From: Octopus vulgaris
Taxonomy: Eukaryota
Assembly: GCA_951406725.2 (NCBI GenBank)
Contig: OX597824.1
Location: 2,232,001 to 2,296,000, forward strand
Reading direction: 5' to 3'
DNA length: 64,000 nucleotides
Positions 1 to 15,148 of the stretch are shown here, piece by piece. Within the stretch, counting starts at the first letter, position 1. Every line of letters begins with the position of its first letter. The translations under genes were made by a program, and so were the position numbers. Under the pieces are notes generated by a model. The model did no database searches and was not told the DNA's origin. It saw nothing but the letters and a program-made list of their open reading frames with translations.

Positions 1-894
1 TAGTGACGTTAATTGAAACTATGTGTATACAGGTTGACTACAACATTCTACAATGTTTAAATAGAATAAATATGATTAAAAAGAAAAACTTAATCGTGAA
101 TTATTTCAATTAAATGAATCTGAATTATAGAAAATATTTCAGAAATGCAACATTTTACAGAATCTTTCACTACTTTAACATGAAGTACCAAATAGCAAAC
201 TCTAAACGAATCAATATAATTTTTTTCTAATTTCTTAAGAAATCAGATAACAGCCGGCATGCGTTGTAATTAACTTCGCAGTAATATTTGAAATGTCATA
301 TGTTAATTATAAACGAACCGGATCATTTGTGAAGTAGAAGAATTCATTATTGGTAAAATATTGATAGTGTAAATTCATAGAGAACTCCTACTAAAGACAT
401 TCGTTCTATTATGAAATTATCATGTGGTGCTTTTCCATCAAGGAATGACACAGTGAGGATATCAAGTTGAAATATTGAATAACAATGGTTTGTAAAATAA
501 CTTTATAAAACATTCTGTACAAATACACATAGTGCTTGGAAACTGTCTACCTATTAGACACAGTAAATATATCAACCTGAAAAAAAAACTTCATAAAAAA
601 ATTAACACTTCATATTATTTCTAGCGATGGTATGCCGGCAATAGAAACGAGGGAGAGAGAGAGAGAGAGAGAGAGAGCGCCCCTCGAAAACATTTTAGCT
701 TTGGTCTTCTGTGTGACAATGGGTTGCAGCCAAACAGAGCAACCAATGTTATATACACACATTTGCTTGTGTGTACACGTGCGTGTGAATGTATGTATAT
801 ATATATGTATATATATATATGCTTACATACATCTATCGCGTACACATAAATATTGGGTAATCCCTTCAATGATGTGGATTTTTCAATTGTATGA

Positions 895-1260
895 GTTAAA
901 GGTCGGAGGGTGGCGAGGTAAACTACCTGCATCAACTTGCTATAAAAGAAGGTAGTAGTTTTAGCTTGTACTTTTTCTTAGTGCAATTTTTGAAGATTGA
1001 AGCTCGAAGTGAAGTTCGGTTTTAACAGTTATATTTTCAAAGCTATAATGGAAGTGACAAAGGAGCATATTCAGCATATTTTGCTTTGTGAGTTCAATAA
1101 AGGTAACAATGCAACGGAAACTGACGATCGGGCTTTAACAATGCAACGGAAACTGACGATCGGGCTTTAACAGTAGTTCCAGAAATTGCTAGCCGGAAGC
1201 TACAGCCTAGAGGACGAGCCTCGTCCCGGAAGATCTGTAGAGCTTGACGGAGACGTCCTG
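895..1260 (+). mobile_element. mariner transposase 5' fragment (decayed)
   Basis: ATG at 1048 reads MEVTKEHIQHILLCEFNKGNNATET, later LEDEPRPGRSVELD (mariner HTH region); upstream sequence matches the copy at 57970-58320. Confidence 0.85.
1104..1172. repeat. perfect 32-bp tandem duplication inside the mariner fragment
   Basis: TAACAATGCAACGGAAACTGACGATCGGGCTT at 1104-1135 and 1136-1167. Confidence 0.95.
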
Positions 1261-1480
1261 AAAATACGGAAAAATCAACAAACGCTTGTCTATTCTAATC
1301 TTGCCTCTGCTATTAAACCGGTTCCACTCAGTGAAGTGCTTCCTGTTCCTGCCTTCAATGACTTGTCTCAGATAACTTTACCCTCAGCCAAAGAAGGTTC
1401 CTCACTAACGATGACACTTTTCAGTTGAGATTTTACCTCAGCTTTTCTCCCAGGTAGAGGTGAATGATCTACGTCAAGTG
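1261..1480 (+). mobile_element. DNA transposon fragment, Chapaev3 (CMC)-like
   Basis: RKNQQTLVYSNLASAIKPVPLSEVLPVP and downstream FSQVEVNDL resemble the YPNLPSAIRPVPH..LPVP and FSQ.ELNDL motifs I recall for this family. Confidence 0.55.
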
Positions 1481-2499
1481 CTTACGGATTTGTGCTCCAA
1501 ATTAACTGAGCTGCAGAGTATGACATTAGATTAAACCAAACAGGAGCGCAGTGGTTAAAATGATTATTAGAAACTCTATGACTTTGCGTTTATGAAGTAG
1601 CGTACATCCTAAAAAATAGTGTCCTTTTGATACAGGTGTAGCATTAGCAGAGGATTTGGAATGAACTAACATAGATATTTGTTTTTAAAAATGCCTTAAG
1701 TAAAGCGTATGTTTTGCTTTTATGCATGAAATAATATTAAGCACTCAACTAGAAATATCTAAGAGAATTACAAATTATTTGAAATTTCTTTAGGAATAAA
1801 TAAGAGATCTGATGCATAGGTTATTCATAAAACGGAATAAGGAATGAGGAGAGGGTCGATTAGTTCTGTAAATGGAATTAGATTCTGTATTTCGGGTTAT
1901 TAAATAAGTAGTAATATAGATGGACATTTGTGGCTTATGGGTAAGAGAATATTAAAAATATTCTATTTGTATCCGAATTAATAATACATATTTGCAGAAT
2001 GAGTTAGTATCTGATAACGATATTTTAAATTATCGATATCAGTTTGGTGCTACTAATTTGCATATACAAATCAACATTCAATATTCATTTACCGGAGCAT
2101 ATATTCGATGATTACACTAATTATACTAATTCTATATTCATATACATGCATATTCAGTGCAGATGATATTTTTAAAGAATAATTTTGTAAGAATAAGAAC
2201 GGGACACTTTCTGATAGTCTGAATCGATGCGATGAAAAAGAAAGCAAAGTTGAAAGGTATTACAGGTTACTCTTTGTAACATGGAAACATGGCTCATCTG
2301 GAAGAGTTCCATGGACCCCGCTACGTGTTTGTGTGAGTATGTACGTATGGTAGACGTTGTGAACGCAGGAGTTTTATGTTTATGTATTGTGAGAATATGG
2401 TTGCGTGCATTTTTCATCTTATATCTTTTTTTTGGGCTTTTTCTCCCTATTACAATAATGTCCCTTTTATTTTCATAGCGTCTTTCGCCGTTAATAGCA

Positions 2500-2665
2500 G
2501 ACGAAAATGTATCATTGTTCTTCTCCTCAACATTCGAAACTCCGAGTACTATAATGACAACTTCTTACTGTTTGTTCTAATTTTTTTCTCGAGCGTTGAA
2601 CGAATACACCTGTTTGTTGTTTACACACCCGTCTTCGTCTTTTTCTTTTGTAAATTATCACTATA
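2500..2665 (+). mobile_element. degenerate solo PLE terminal repeat (family A)
   Basis: ACACCTGTTTGTTGTTTACACACCCGTCTTCGTCTTT..TGTAAATT is the reverse complement of the copies starting at 28381, 38180 and 55978. Confidence 0.7.
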
Positions 2666-2684
2666 TATATGTTATTTTTTATTA

Positions 2685-2696
2685 ATATTATTACTA

Positions 2697-2783
<87 letters not shown>
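2685..2783. repeat. (TTA)n microsatellite
   Basis: direct inspection. Confidence 0.97.
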
Positions 2784-2792
<9 letters not shown>

Positions 2793-3891
2793 ATATATAT
2801 ATAAACCATTCAGATTTTATGATATTGGTTCTAGGAGAAAACAACTATCAGAAGGTTAATAAAATAGTTTTAGTTTATGTAGCTTTCAAATATATTCGAC
2901 GCACTCACCCATTTATGTATGTATATATATCTATATATACTTGAGTATGCATCGATATACATGCATGTATATGTATGTGTGTGTATGTATGTATATATGT
3001 ATGTAAGTGCATTGGTATTGTTTTACTTTGCTTGATCTTTCCTAACAAATTATCAGTAACAACGTGTTCTCTCCCTCTGTGATTTCCTCTTTGTTTCAAT
3101 GCAAATATATGAATTGTTTCTGCCGTTAATGTTATGTTTTTGTTTTTCTTAAGATATCTCTTATGTGTCTACATTTAGCTCTTTGTCTGTGGCTTTAAAA
3201 GCGAACGAAATAAAAACACCATTCGCCTTACAACAACAACAACAAACCGCAAAAACAAAATCGTTCGATCTACTTCAATCAAATCATCTACCGCGATCGA
3301 TGATGTTTGCATTTATTTGATGTTTTAAAAGTGAATTGTAATATAAACATGATATTATAGATAATGAAACGGACATATATGGTAAGATGTGAGTGATATT
3401 AAGTGACATCGGTTCTGAGATAATAGGAGGTGTCTGAGGATAAGAGAAAGGTAGGGAGAAAGACGGGGATGAGGAAGGGGATCGGAGAAGGGAAAGAGAG
3501 CGAAAATAAAAACTGCCAAGTCCAGTGAATGGTATTCAAGCAAGAACTATATGAAGCAGTCTCGATCATTACAATAATACCTTTCAATTACACGTCTCGT
3601 GGTCGGAGTAGAGTAAAGCACATTGCTTCAGTATAAAAGATGTTGCCGGTGTATCTTAGATGTTGCTTAGTCATCGCAATGCATTATGCTAACCTCCATT
3701 AATGCAGCTTCGTCTCTGTAAAAGGATTACATAAAGGGTTTTTCAGCGGCAATCATGGCAGAGTGCTGTTGTTTTACTTCAATGTAACTGTTGTTGTTTT
3801 AAGGGCGTTTCTATTTCCTATAGAATTAAAAGTGCAACATTCGTAACTTAAGTGATATACAAATATTATATATCTATATATGTATATATAT

Positions 3892-3938
<47 letters not shown>

Positions 3939-4503
3939 CATACATACATACATATATGTATATATACATATACATACACACACGCATATATATACGGACA
4001 TGTGCATATGTATATATATATATATATGTGTTGTTGAAAAGTGGTTGAGTCCATGCAAAGAAAAATTGGCTTGCAGGGATTAAAAGTTTGTACCCATATC
4101 TAAAAAATCAAATGTGGGTCTAAACTGTTTAACCAATCCTACCCTTATGACTCTCACAAAGAATTCGTTCTAATATTTGGTAAGATGGATACATGGAAAT
4201 CTGTTATATTTAATTAAACATGCGTTGCATCAGCATGGCCACAGCTCATGAGCTGAAACTAAAATATCAAAATCAAATTCTCTAAAACATACCTCTGCAT
4301 CTTATTCAACCATACTTACATTTCTTTTATACATATATCTACCCTTTGAATTAGGCAGAACGAACGATGAATACGTTTTAAAAATATACTGACCTATTGT
4401 AAAGTTTATAAGCTATTGCAACTATCTTTTCTTGTGACTTGAATTCCATGCTACAACGATCTTCACGCGGGAACTGTCGCAGCTAGGTTCTCATGTTGTG
4501 TGC

Positions 4504-5009
<506 letters not shown>

Positions 5010-5010
<1 letters not shown>

Positions 5011-5200
5011 ACTCTACCTAATCTCCGCCTTCTGTTTCTTTTGGGATTCCCCTTTGTCCTGTTTCAGAAGAAGTGCTGCGCTCGAAATGTAAATCAACTA
5101 CATTTTCCTTCCTAGGGCGTCTTATTAATATTTTGCAAGTGATACGTCCTTACGCTCTTGTTTTTTCTTGTCTTTTTTCTCCGTTTCTTAATCAAGTATA
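5010..5200 (+). mobile_element. PLE terminal-repeat-like piece with degenerate HHR
   Basis: TTT-CAGAAGA-A-GTGCTGCGCTC-GAAATGTA-AA at 5062-5093; downstream sequence resembles 38400-38510. Confidence 0.55.
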
Positions 5201-5802
5201 TGTATGTGTGTGTATGCGTGTGCGTGTCTGTGTAGGTATGTATCTGTTGTTGGATTGTCCTCTTGACTCTGTGTGTTTACTGGTCGGCGATTTGTATTTG
5301 AGTTATTTCATGATAGTGTAATTATTTTTCCTGTAATTCAAGAAGACATGCAACCTGACACCAATGAATTTATAGCTTCCTCATAGGAGGAACTTACAAA
5401 TACTATTACTCTCTTACAAAATACTATAGTCAATCGCATGTCAATACGACAATACGAAGCTTCTCTGCTCCGATATAGATAAACAGAAACCGCCGTGATT
5501 CTGATGTTGCATGTCACCGTTCGGTGGGATAAATGTTTGTACATCATCATTATAACGTACAATGACACTGAGATGCCCTTAGCAATCTCGCGAACCACTT
5601 CAAGGACGATTTTATTCTGCCTCCGACATATATATTATGTCTTTAAACAACATCTAAAATAGATATTATCTCGGGTTGAATACCACAGTAAATTTACCTT
5701 TCAAACACTATTTTCATTAAGTAAGCTTTGGTCTAATATTATTTCTGTAGCATATAACAGATATACGTACATACACACACATATATATACATTATATCTA
5801 TC

Positions 5803-5887
<85 letters not shown>

Positions 5888-6400
5888 ATGCAATTATATG
5901 CATATTGTGTAGATCATGTTGACTGCATTATCGAGTTTCATCTGGTAGGTGGTTAGAATAACTAACGTAAATTCAAAATCTCAACGACATTGGTCTTCAC
6001 AATAAATTTGATTCTACTCCCAGGGCAGCCCCACTAATCCCATTAGTAAATCCTACGTTTCTATAGATATATACCAGGTATAACCTAACGTACATTTATA
6101 TCTACATAAGTGTGTGTGAGCGCGGGTGTGTGTCTGAGCATGTGTGAGTGCGATTGCACTTGTGTGTGCATACGTGTGTACATAAAACTTTGTAAACACA
6201 TAAACGCAGCTCCTTATGCTTGCAATGAAGCATATGTAACTATATATATACACGGAATCACAGACGCGCGCGCACACACACAGCCTCACACAAAAAAAAT
6301 ACGTAGAAAGAATGTGACAGAATGTATTAATTTGAAATTTTAGTCACCTGTATTCCGGCATAACCATTGCTCGTGGTTTTATACTTTGTACGCGAGTTAA

Positions 6401-6470
<70 letters not shown>

Positions 6471-6509
6471 TATATATACATGTATGTATATATATGCATA
6501 TATATACAT

Positions 6510-6567
<58 letters not shown>

Positions 6568-7161
6568 TATAAAATTAAATTTCTAGCATGTTGACTGTCC
6601 ACTTTTCGTGTGCAGTCCTTAATTGGTATATATATATATATATATATATGATTTGTATATATTTTTATGTCTATATGTATGTATTCGTCTCTGTTGGTAT
6701 ATTTTGAAAAATTGCAAAATATTCAATTGTCGCTCGCTTCTGACAACGTAAATAATTTGATTGTGTGTTAGCGGGCTGTCCCGTTTGGGGACCATTCGGT
6801 AATATATTCTATACGTTTCAATAAGAATATTATATGAGTGAGACAGACTCAGCTGGATATAGAGCAAAGCAAAAACGATAACAAATAATATCACTAATAA
6901 ATAAAACTGCAGCATTACTCAGTATCTTATCTACATTTACTCGATACACACACACTCTACGATTATTTATGTCAAAACACGCACACACACACACACGCAC
7001 ACACACACACATATGCAATTTCTTTGTGCTTATACATTCATACATACATATATAAATATATATATGTGTATATTTATATATGTGTGCGTGCGTGTGCGTG
7101 TGTGTACATGTGCATGTATATCTTACGAGTTCGTATTTTTATATGCACGAAATATATTTAC

Positions 7162-7223
<62 letters not shown>

Positions 7224-7647
7224 TGTATGTTTATGCAGGCGGTTGTATATATGCGTGTAAGTGGTTGTGTGCTTTCCTAGTTATTGACATGTGGATGGTG
7301 AGAGGGGCTTTCATACAAAATCGTATCACTGAAACACGGCTGAAGGATGTCTTGGAAAGCCATCTTGGCAGCACCTGTGCGTCTCTGGTGACAGTATTTT
7401 GAAGTTGATGGCTCCATTATTTTATAACTTTATTTCCTCCATTTCAATTTTCCTCATCGGTGTAGTCACATTTACAACCATATATCAGCAACCATTGCAT
7501 GAAATAAACATACATGAAATAATCTTGACCCCAGCAGTAAAATAAACTCACACAGATACAGACACAGATGCACGCTCGCGCGCACACACTTATTCACACG
7601 CACATACACACACATATATACATACAAATATACATACATATATATAT

Positions 7648-8043
7648 ATCAAAATAAGCAACAAGGATATCCAATGTAGTGTAGTACAATAGTTTCATGC
7701 TACTTTATTTCATTAAATACTGTAAGTATTACATCAGTTTTAAAATGTCGAGCAATCTTCAGCCACATATAGAATTTTTTAATTAAACGGACAATGCACA
7801 TGTGTATACTTATTTCATTTGACAACATAACAAAGAGGGTAGATATATAGACAGATAGGTTAATTTCATCATTAAGAACATGGAGGTAGCCTGTCTCCAT
7901 CTGTAGATTTTTTATCACTGATGTAATACTTACAGTGTTTAATAAAATGAAGTAGCATGAAACGATTGTACTACACTACCTTGGATATCCTTGTTGCTTA
8001 TTTTGATTATAAGCACCCCATTTGATTTATATGGATAATACCA

Positions 8044-8045
<2 letters not shown>
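7648..8045. mobile_element. fold-back PLE-terminus-like insertion in (TA)n
   Basis: about 91-bp inverted arms at 7648-7738 and 7917-8007 with few mismatches; flanked by TA repeats; related copy at 37685-37850. Confidence 0.8.
7680..7767 (-). ncRNA. type I hammerhead ribozyme with long stem II (family B)
   Basis: UGUGG-CUGAAGA-U-UGCU...AGCA-U-GAAAC-UAUU-GUA-CUACA; stem I UGUGG/CUACA pairs. Confidence 0.6.
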
Positions 8046-8112
<67 letters not shown>

Positions 8113-8193
8113 AATATAGGACACTCATATAGATTAATTCCTGTATTTACATAATATCGAGGTCTCTTTCATTCTTTTGATGTCCTATTATTA

Positions 8194-8272
<79 letters not shown>

Positions 8273-9296
8273 TATGAATATAATTAACATACTACTGGAA
8301 AGCTTCGAAGTGTAGATGCATGATACGAAAAGTAGTTCCAGTGCCATAGTATCTGACGTTATGTGCATCTCTAATCATGAGCAGAAGTGGTGAGGGAGAA
8401 TCACAGCTGTGTGTTGAGAAAGATTCTCTGAGGTTTGAATAAATGTAACATTAAAAAAATCCATTGAAAGAAATATTAGCCATTTTTCATACTGTCTACG
8501 GGTAAGTTAAAAGGAAATAACAGTTGCTACACAGCATAAGATCAGAAACGAATTAAGAACGAGGAATAATATTCTATAAAAACTATCAACCTATTAATAG
8601 AGCGAATGTTTTATGGTCAAAATTGTATTTCTTTTATTGTTTGTTTTGCTTCTCGGCTGCTAAATACGCTGCCCATCTCCTCAAAATCTTCAGCCACATA
8701 AACATTATACAATGGTTTTAATTCAAACTACCTTTATAGAAGACGAAAGAGAAAGAAAAAACATCTCATATTTTAAATGGCTACGAATGTGGCGTTCGTT
8801 ATGCGAGATATATGGGAAGACAGGACTTACTAGCAGCTTATGCTTTATCGTTTCTCTTTTTCTGCTTCTTACAATTTTGGTTTGGTCTTGTGCGTACCAT
8901 TGTTCTCTATTTAATGTCTGATCTCAGGCTTTTTATGTCTAACGGTCTAAACAACTTTTATCAGACGTCTGAGGTGGATTTAAGGGAAACGAGGAGGGAT
9001 GTGTCTTGTAAAGCTGAAAAAAGAAAAGTCATGTTTGAGGTAAGAGAGCCAGTAGTAGTAGTATTAGTAGTAGTAGTTGTAGTAGTAGTAGTATGGGAGA
9101 ATGCGCTGTAAGTGTGACCCTTTAGGTTATGCGTTCAGAACCCATCGGTTAATAATATACGATATCAGTCAGCAAAGAATATCGATGTATCTTCGAATAT
9201 TGCACACAGCAAGTTAATGGCATGGGGAAATAGCACAAAGTTTAATGCCGACTGATACGAAAACATCAGTGAGATGGAAAATAGCAGAAAATACGC

Positions 9297-9391
<95 letters not shown>

Positions 9392-9404
9392 TGATGATGA
9401 TGAT
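9297..9404. repeat. (TAA)n(TGA)n microsatellite
   Basis: direct inspection. Confidence 0.97.
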
Positions 9405-9593
9405 ACCACTATAAACTTGGTTGGTTGCTAGGTGGGTTTTTTTCTAGTCACACTGCATATAGCATGGAGAGAGGACGAAAAAGAGAGAATTAAGGTAAAT
9501 AATGCAGAATGAGTACATACACTAGGTTTGATGCCAGACAATGAGTAATGGAATATGACAAACACACAAACACACACACAGTGAGAGATAAAG

Positions 9594-9644
<51 letters not shown>

Positions 9645-9985
9645 GCCAGAATCGTTAAAGGGTGATTTACACAAATGAGTAATTTGTTTTATTGACTTTT
9701 ATTTGAAGGTAAAATATATGGTTCTTTAACAAATACATACGTCAAAGTCTAATTGTGTCTGTGTGTCTGGGTGCGTCAGTGTTCCATGCTTTAAGTATTC
9801 GAATAATTTCAGTATGCAGAGATAGTCATTTGCGTAGACAATGACGTAAGTGTGTGGATAGATAGGAACGGAATTAGCTGAGGTAGTTTAATCAAATTAA
9901 ATCTGGTTGGAAAGCTAGCAGATAATTTGATAACGTCGAAGATTTCACAGAAACCGTAATGAAGAGTTTCGCTCGAAACTCTTAT

Positions 9986-10031
<46 letters not shown>

Positions 10032-10203
10032 GCACACACATGCATATGTGTGTGTGCGTATATATATATATGCATACAACTACATATATATACATACATA
10101 TATATACTACATATATATACATATATATAGATACATAGATATATATATATATATATATATATTTACATACACATATATTTATACATGCATATATATATAC
10201 ATA

Positions 10204-10249
<46 letters not shown>

Positions 10250-10269
10250 TAGATAGATAGATAGATATA

Positions 10270-10303
<34 letters not shown>

Positions 10304-10348
10304 CATACACATATATATCTATACACACACTTATATATATACAACTAC

Positions 10349-10398
<50 letters not shown>

Positions 10399-11579
10399 TC
10401 ACAGAGAGAGAGAGAGAGAGAGAGCGGAAGAAGGAGGCCGCCGTACATAAATTGCTTGATTCATAGATAATTAGATATATATTGATATGGAATGGATGAT
10501 TATGCATCGTAGAATGGGAAGTGTATTTGATCACCTGTAAGGTTTTGAAAATATATTGAATCTTGATAATTTTCTCTGTTAATCCAGATGATTAAAGCGT
10601 TCTCTCTTAGCTCTTCTGCATTGTTAATATACTTAAATGGACGTAATCTACTTTGAATATAAATTTGCATCGTACTAAATACAAAACTTTTCAAACCTCA
10701 AACATCCGCGCTTTGAAATTGTCTTAATGAATCTAATAACCTCGTCTACATACCTACGTAGGCACCCGCATCCCACCCACAAACGCGCGCGCGCACACAC
10801 ACACATATCCAGACTGGTTTACGAATTTATTCACCTTCAACGTAGGAAACTTCCTAATGCATTCTCTTGCATCGCTGATAACCGCCAGATTGAGAAGTCA
10901 CATGGTGACCCCGACCCTTAACTGAAGAAATGCTAAATTAAGATAGCCATCTAGATGTCCTGTTTCATGTATATACACTATTGACATGAATTTTACAGCG
11001 GTCTTTGTGCGAGTTAAACCCTGTTTCCATTGTGCTATGTTTTAAAACAGAACATATATTTGAGACACGAAATATTGGAACTCAGCCAAGAAGCAGGCTA
11101 GTGGGTCAGCTTGCACAAGTGGAACACCATTGGTTAAATCTTTAGCGGGCTGACGTTGGCTGTCAGCTAGCGACAGCGTGTGAGTGTATGTGTATAGTCA
11201 TTTTAGTATACTTAAAGAAACATTAACCTCATGATTGTAGTTATACAAATAACTTTTAAATGTCAGTTAATTGACGGCCATAATTATATTACGAAAATTT
11301 GTTCTGCAAAATTAAAATCAAATAAATTGTAGCATAAAATCCTTTATGAGTTTTAAAACTGATAGTTTTTGTTCCATAAGCAAAAACTATTTCATCTTCC
11401 AATAAAACTCAATTTTATATCAAAATCTCAATTTATTTTTTTTCCCTGACTGCATCTACTTTTTCTTTCTTAATTTCATAAATATACGTCCTGTACCTGA
11501 TAATGTTGAATTGAGAATGACTGTTGTACATTACAAATTAAGCAGACTATCAATGATATATGTCTTGGCCAAAGATGTA

Positions 11580-11811
11580 AGGCGGCGAGCTGGCAGAATC
11601 GTTAGTGCGCCGGACGAAATGCGTAGCCGTATTTTGTCTGCCGTTACGTTCTGAGTTCCAATTCCGCCGAGGTCGACTTTGCCTTTCATCTTTTCGGGGT
11701 CGATTAAATAAGTACCAGTTATGTACTGGAGTCGATGTAATCGACTTTATCTGTGTGTCTGTCCTTGTTTGTCCCCTCTATGTTTAGCCCCTTGTGGGTA
11801 GTAAAGAAATA
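11580..11811 (+). mobile_element. tRNA-related SINE, near full length, with target-site duplication
   Basis: AGCTGGCAGAATCG A-box-like and GAGTTCCAATTCC B-box-like motifs; 15-bp direct repeat GATATATGTCTTGGC at 11555-11569 and 11812-11826; related copies at 43416, 56380, 62940, 63187, 63490. Confidence 0.85.
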
Positions 11812-12137
11812 GATATATGTCTTGGCATATAAAAGCCATCAATGAAATAAGTGAAGTTCAAACATTTAAATATCATCGAAGTTTTATCTGTATTAGCAGA
11901 AGTAATGACGTAGATGTTCTTGCGCATGCCCATTGACTGGAGAGTGCTTCTGGAGAGCCAACAACGTCATGAGGTCAGATATCAGTTTAGACAAACTCCT
12001 GTTCATAACATCTGTGACCCTGTTAAACACATTTTTGAAGGGTGGGGTCATTTCATTGAATTATTTCTTATCGTAAATTGTAAATGATAGCGGTATGATT
12101 AAAAGACTACAATGCACCAATCGTTGGGCCCAAAATT

Positions 12138-12735
12138 ACAGGCCATGCTGGGGCATCGCTTTGAAGATATTTTAGTCAAGCGAACTGGGACCCGTATTCT
12201 TTTTAAAAATAGTACTTAATTTATCGGTCGCTTTTGCCGATGTGATAAGTTACGGGAGCGCAAGCACATGCACAAAAATAAACAGACAAACACACACACG
12301 CACGCATGCACACATACACGCTCACACACGTGTATATACTATATATATATATAAAGGGTAAAGACCCCCTTCGGTCATGAATGACCATGGGATTGCACCT
12401 AGAAAGTTACCTTCCTAGATACAAGTCCGGGCAAGGTTGTTTATGGAAGACCAGCAGTCGCCCATGCATACCAGCCTCTCCTCTCCACGCCACCAGTGTT
12501 ATCCAAGGGAAAGACAAAGGTCGATACAGCTTGGCACCAGTGACGTCGCAACTCATTTCTACAGCTGAGTGAACTGGAGCAACGTGAAATAAAGTGCCTT
12601 GCTCGAGAACACAACACGCAGCCCGATATATATTCGACGGGTTTCTTTCAATTTACATCTGGAAAATCCACTCAAAAGCCTTTGGTCGGCCTGAAACTAT
12701 ATTTCAAGACACATGCCCAAGTACCACGCAGTCGA
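12138..12735 (-). mobile_element. SINE (same family as 61227-61667), interrupted by a second SINE
   Basis: GGCCATGCTGG tail near 12142 and TTTCAATT..AAATCCACTCAAAAGCCTTTGGTCGGCC near 12645-12690 match 59064-59108. Confidence 0.7.
12352..12625 (-). mobile_element. SINE body nested in the preceding SINE
   Basis: minus strand GCGTGTTGTGTTCTCGAGCAAGGCACTTTATTTCAC matches the core of the SINE at 34430-34462. Confidence 0.7.
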
Positions 12736-12830
12736 TACATACATACACACATACATACACACACACATACACACACACATACACACACATACACACATAC
12801 ACACACATACACACACATACACACACATAC

Positions 12831-12863
<33 letters not shown>

Positions 12864-12887
12864 TATACACACATACATACACACATG

Positions 12888-13019
<132 letters not shown>

Positions 13020-13520
13020 AGAGCAAGAGCAAGGCCTGAGTGGTAAACCACAGTTTGAGATCTGTATGGAAGTCTGACCTTCGTTAAAATTCTAATGATC
13101 GTATGCTTGTTGCTGCAGTGGAGTCAGTGCCCTTGTACCGGTCTTTAGACTTGGACACTGACCAAGAACCTCACTCACATGGTGGATGGGTGCTATACGA
13201 GAATGCTGAGGATGGCTCTGAACAATCAGAAGTTTACACTGAAGATGAAGAACTCAGAGCTATAAGACGGCTCCCAAGTGTTATTTCGTAAATAACACAG
13301 AGGCGACTGAAGTTATTAGGACCTCCTCAATGTCAATCAGAGTTGATACTGCACTCAGTGGTCCTGTGGAAGCCCCTACATGAACACACAAGAAGAGAGG
13401 GACCGAGGATGGCATATGCTGATGCCCTAAGGACAGACACTGGTCTCTGGGAGAAACACGGCATGCCAGCGACGATGAGGAACAAGAGTCGCTGGAGAGA
13501 ACTCGTCCATGGATCTCAGG
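13020..13520 (+). mobile_element. RTE/RTE-X LINE 3' ORF fragment (decayed)
   Basis: frameshifted AAVESVPLY, TWTLTKNLTHMVDGCYTRMLRMALN and VLWKPLHEHTRREGPRMAYADALRTDTGL..MRNKSRWRELV, typical of the RTE C-terminus. Confidence 0.8.
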
Positions 13521-13727
13521 TGTTTTATCCACCCTAGATAGATATGTAGGGTGCAGCGAAAGCCAATAGCCAAGGGTGAAGGGAGACAATCATTAATCTC
13601 CATGATTCTTTAGTGACCGCAAGATGGTGGTGCGGCCGAATTTCGATAACCAGTGGCAAGGGAGATAATCACCTAAAGCTTACTTTTATAGAGAGGCATT
13701 TCTCTTCCATATTTCGAAGAGGTTTTA

Positions 13728-13813
13728 GGCCGGCAGTGTTTGGGGCCTGAAGGTGCGCCGTAAGGTTAAACTCCTTATTAGCGTGAAACCCAGGGTACCT
13801 TCATAAACCGGCC
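13728..13813 (+). ncRNA. putative type I hammerhead ribozyme (A9G variant)
   Basis: CUGAAGG 13747-53; stem II GCGC/GCGU plus UAAGG/CCUUA; GAAACCCAGGGUA; stem I UGGGG/CUUCA with outer GGCCGG/CCGGCC. Confidence 0.5.
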
Positions 13814-13944
13814 CCATTATAATATCAAATGCTCTACATCTTAGAGTGCGCTTCTCCCCCGAATTTATGAATTACTACAAACGATGTGTGTGTATGTGTG
13901 TACGCATATACACTGGAGAAATAGACAGCCAGACAGACAGATAT

Positions 13945-14350
13945 ATACATACATACATACATACATACATACATACATACATACATACACACACACATAC
14001 ATACACACATACATACATACACACACGCATACATACACACACATATATACACACACACACATACACACATACATACATACATACATACATACATACACAC
14101 ATACATACACACATATATACATACATACACACATACATACACACAGACATACATACGCACACACATACATACATACATACACACATACATACACACATAC
14201 ATACACACATACATACATACACACATATATACATACATACACACATACATACATACATACATACATACATACATACATACATACATACATACACACACAT
14301 ACATACACACACACACACATACATACGCACATACATACACACATACATTC
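13945..14350. repeat. (TACA)n/(CA)n microsatellite
   Basis: direct inspection. Confidence 0.97.
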
Positions 14351-14446
14351 ATAGGTCTAAGTCCCAAACAGCGAGCATTACGAAATCCAAGAGATTAAAA
14401 GCAGTTAGATTACAGAAGATTCCACCAAAATACAATAAACAATCTA

Positions 14447-14491
<45 letters not shown>

Positions 14492-15069
14492 TTTGTGTGC
14501 GTGTGTGTGTGCATTGGTAACATGCAAAACAAACGGGAAGATTCTCTTTTACGATGTCGTCGTATGAATTCAATACGTAACATAAAACTGATTGTATTAT
14601 AACTGTTAATGCGACAGTCTTTTAATAATAACAGTTGAATATACAGTTATACGACTTTGTTAAACATGTTTCCCTGCAGCGCCAAGTTGAAACCGGACGA
14701 CAAAGAACTAAGACTAAACAAATACAAACACAGCATTCTTTATAATCTGAAGTATGGAAGTCTAATATAGATATGTGTGTCTATGTGTGTATGTGTGATA
14801 GATAGATAGATAGATAGACAGACAGATAGACGCATATATAGATAGACAGACAGATAGACAGACACATAGATAGATAGACAAATAGATAGATAGACACATA
14901 GATAGATAGACACATAAATAGATAGTCAGACAGATAGATAGACACATAGACAGACAGACAGACTGAAAGACATAGACAGACAGACAAACACACACACACA
15001 GGCACACACACACAGACGCACAGACACACAGACACACATACATACAGACAGACAGACAGACAGACAGAG

Positions 15070-15148
<79 letters not shown>

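Noticed and set aside
8712-9111. Overlapping hydrophobic ORFs
   Set aside because: No recognisable domain or splice support; the 3' end is a (GTA)n repeat
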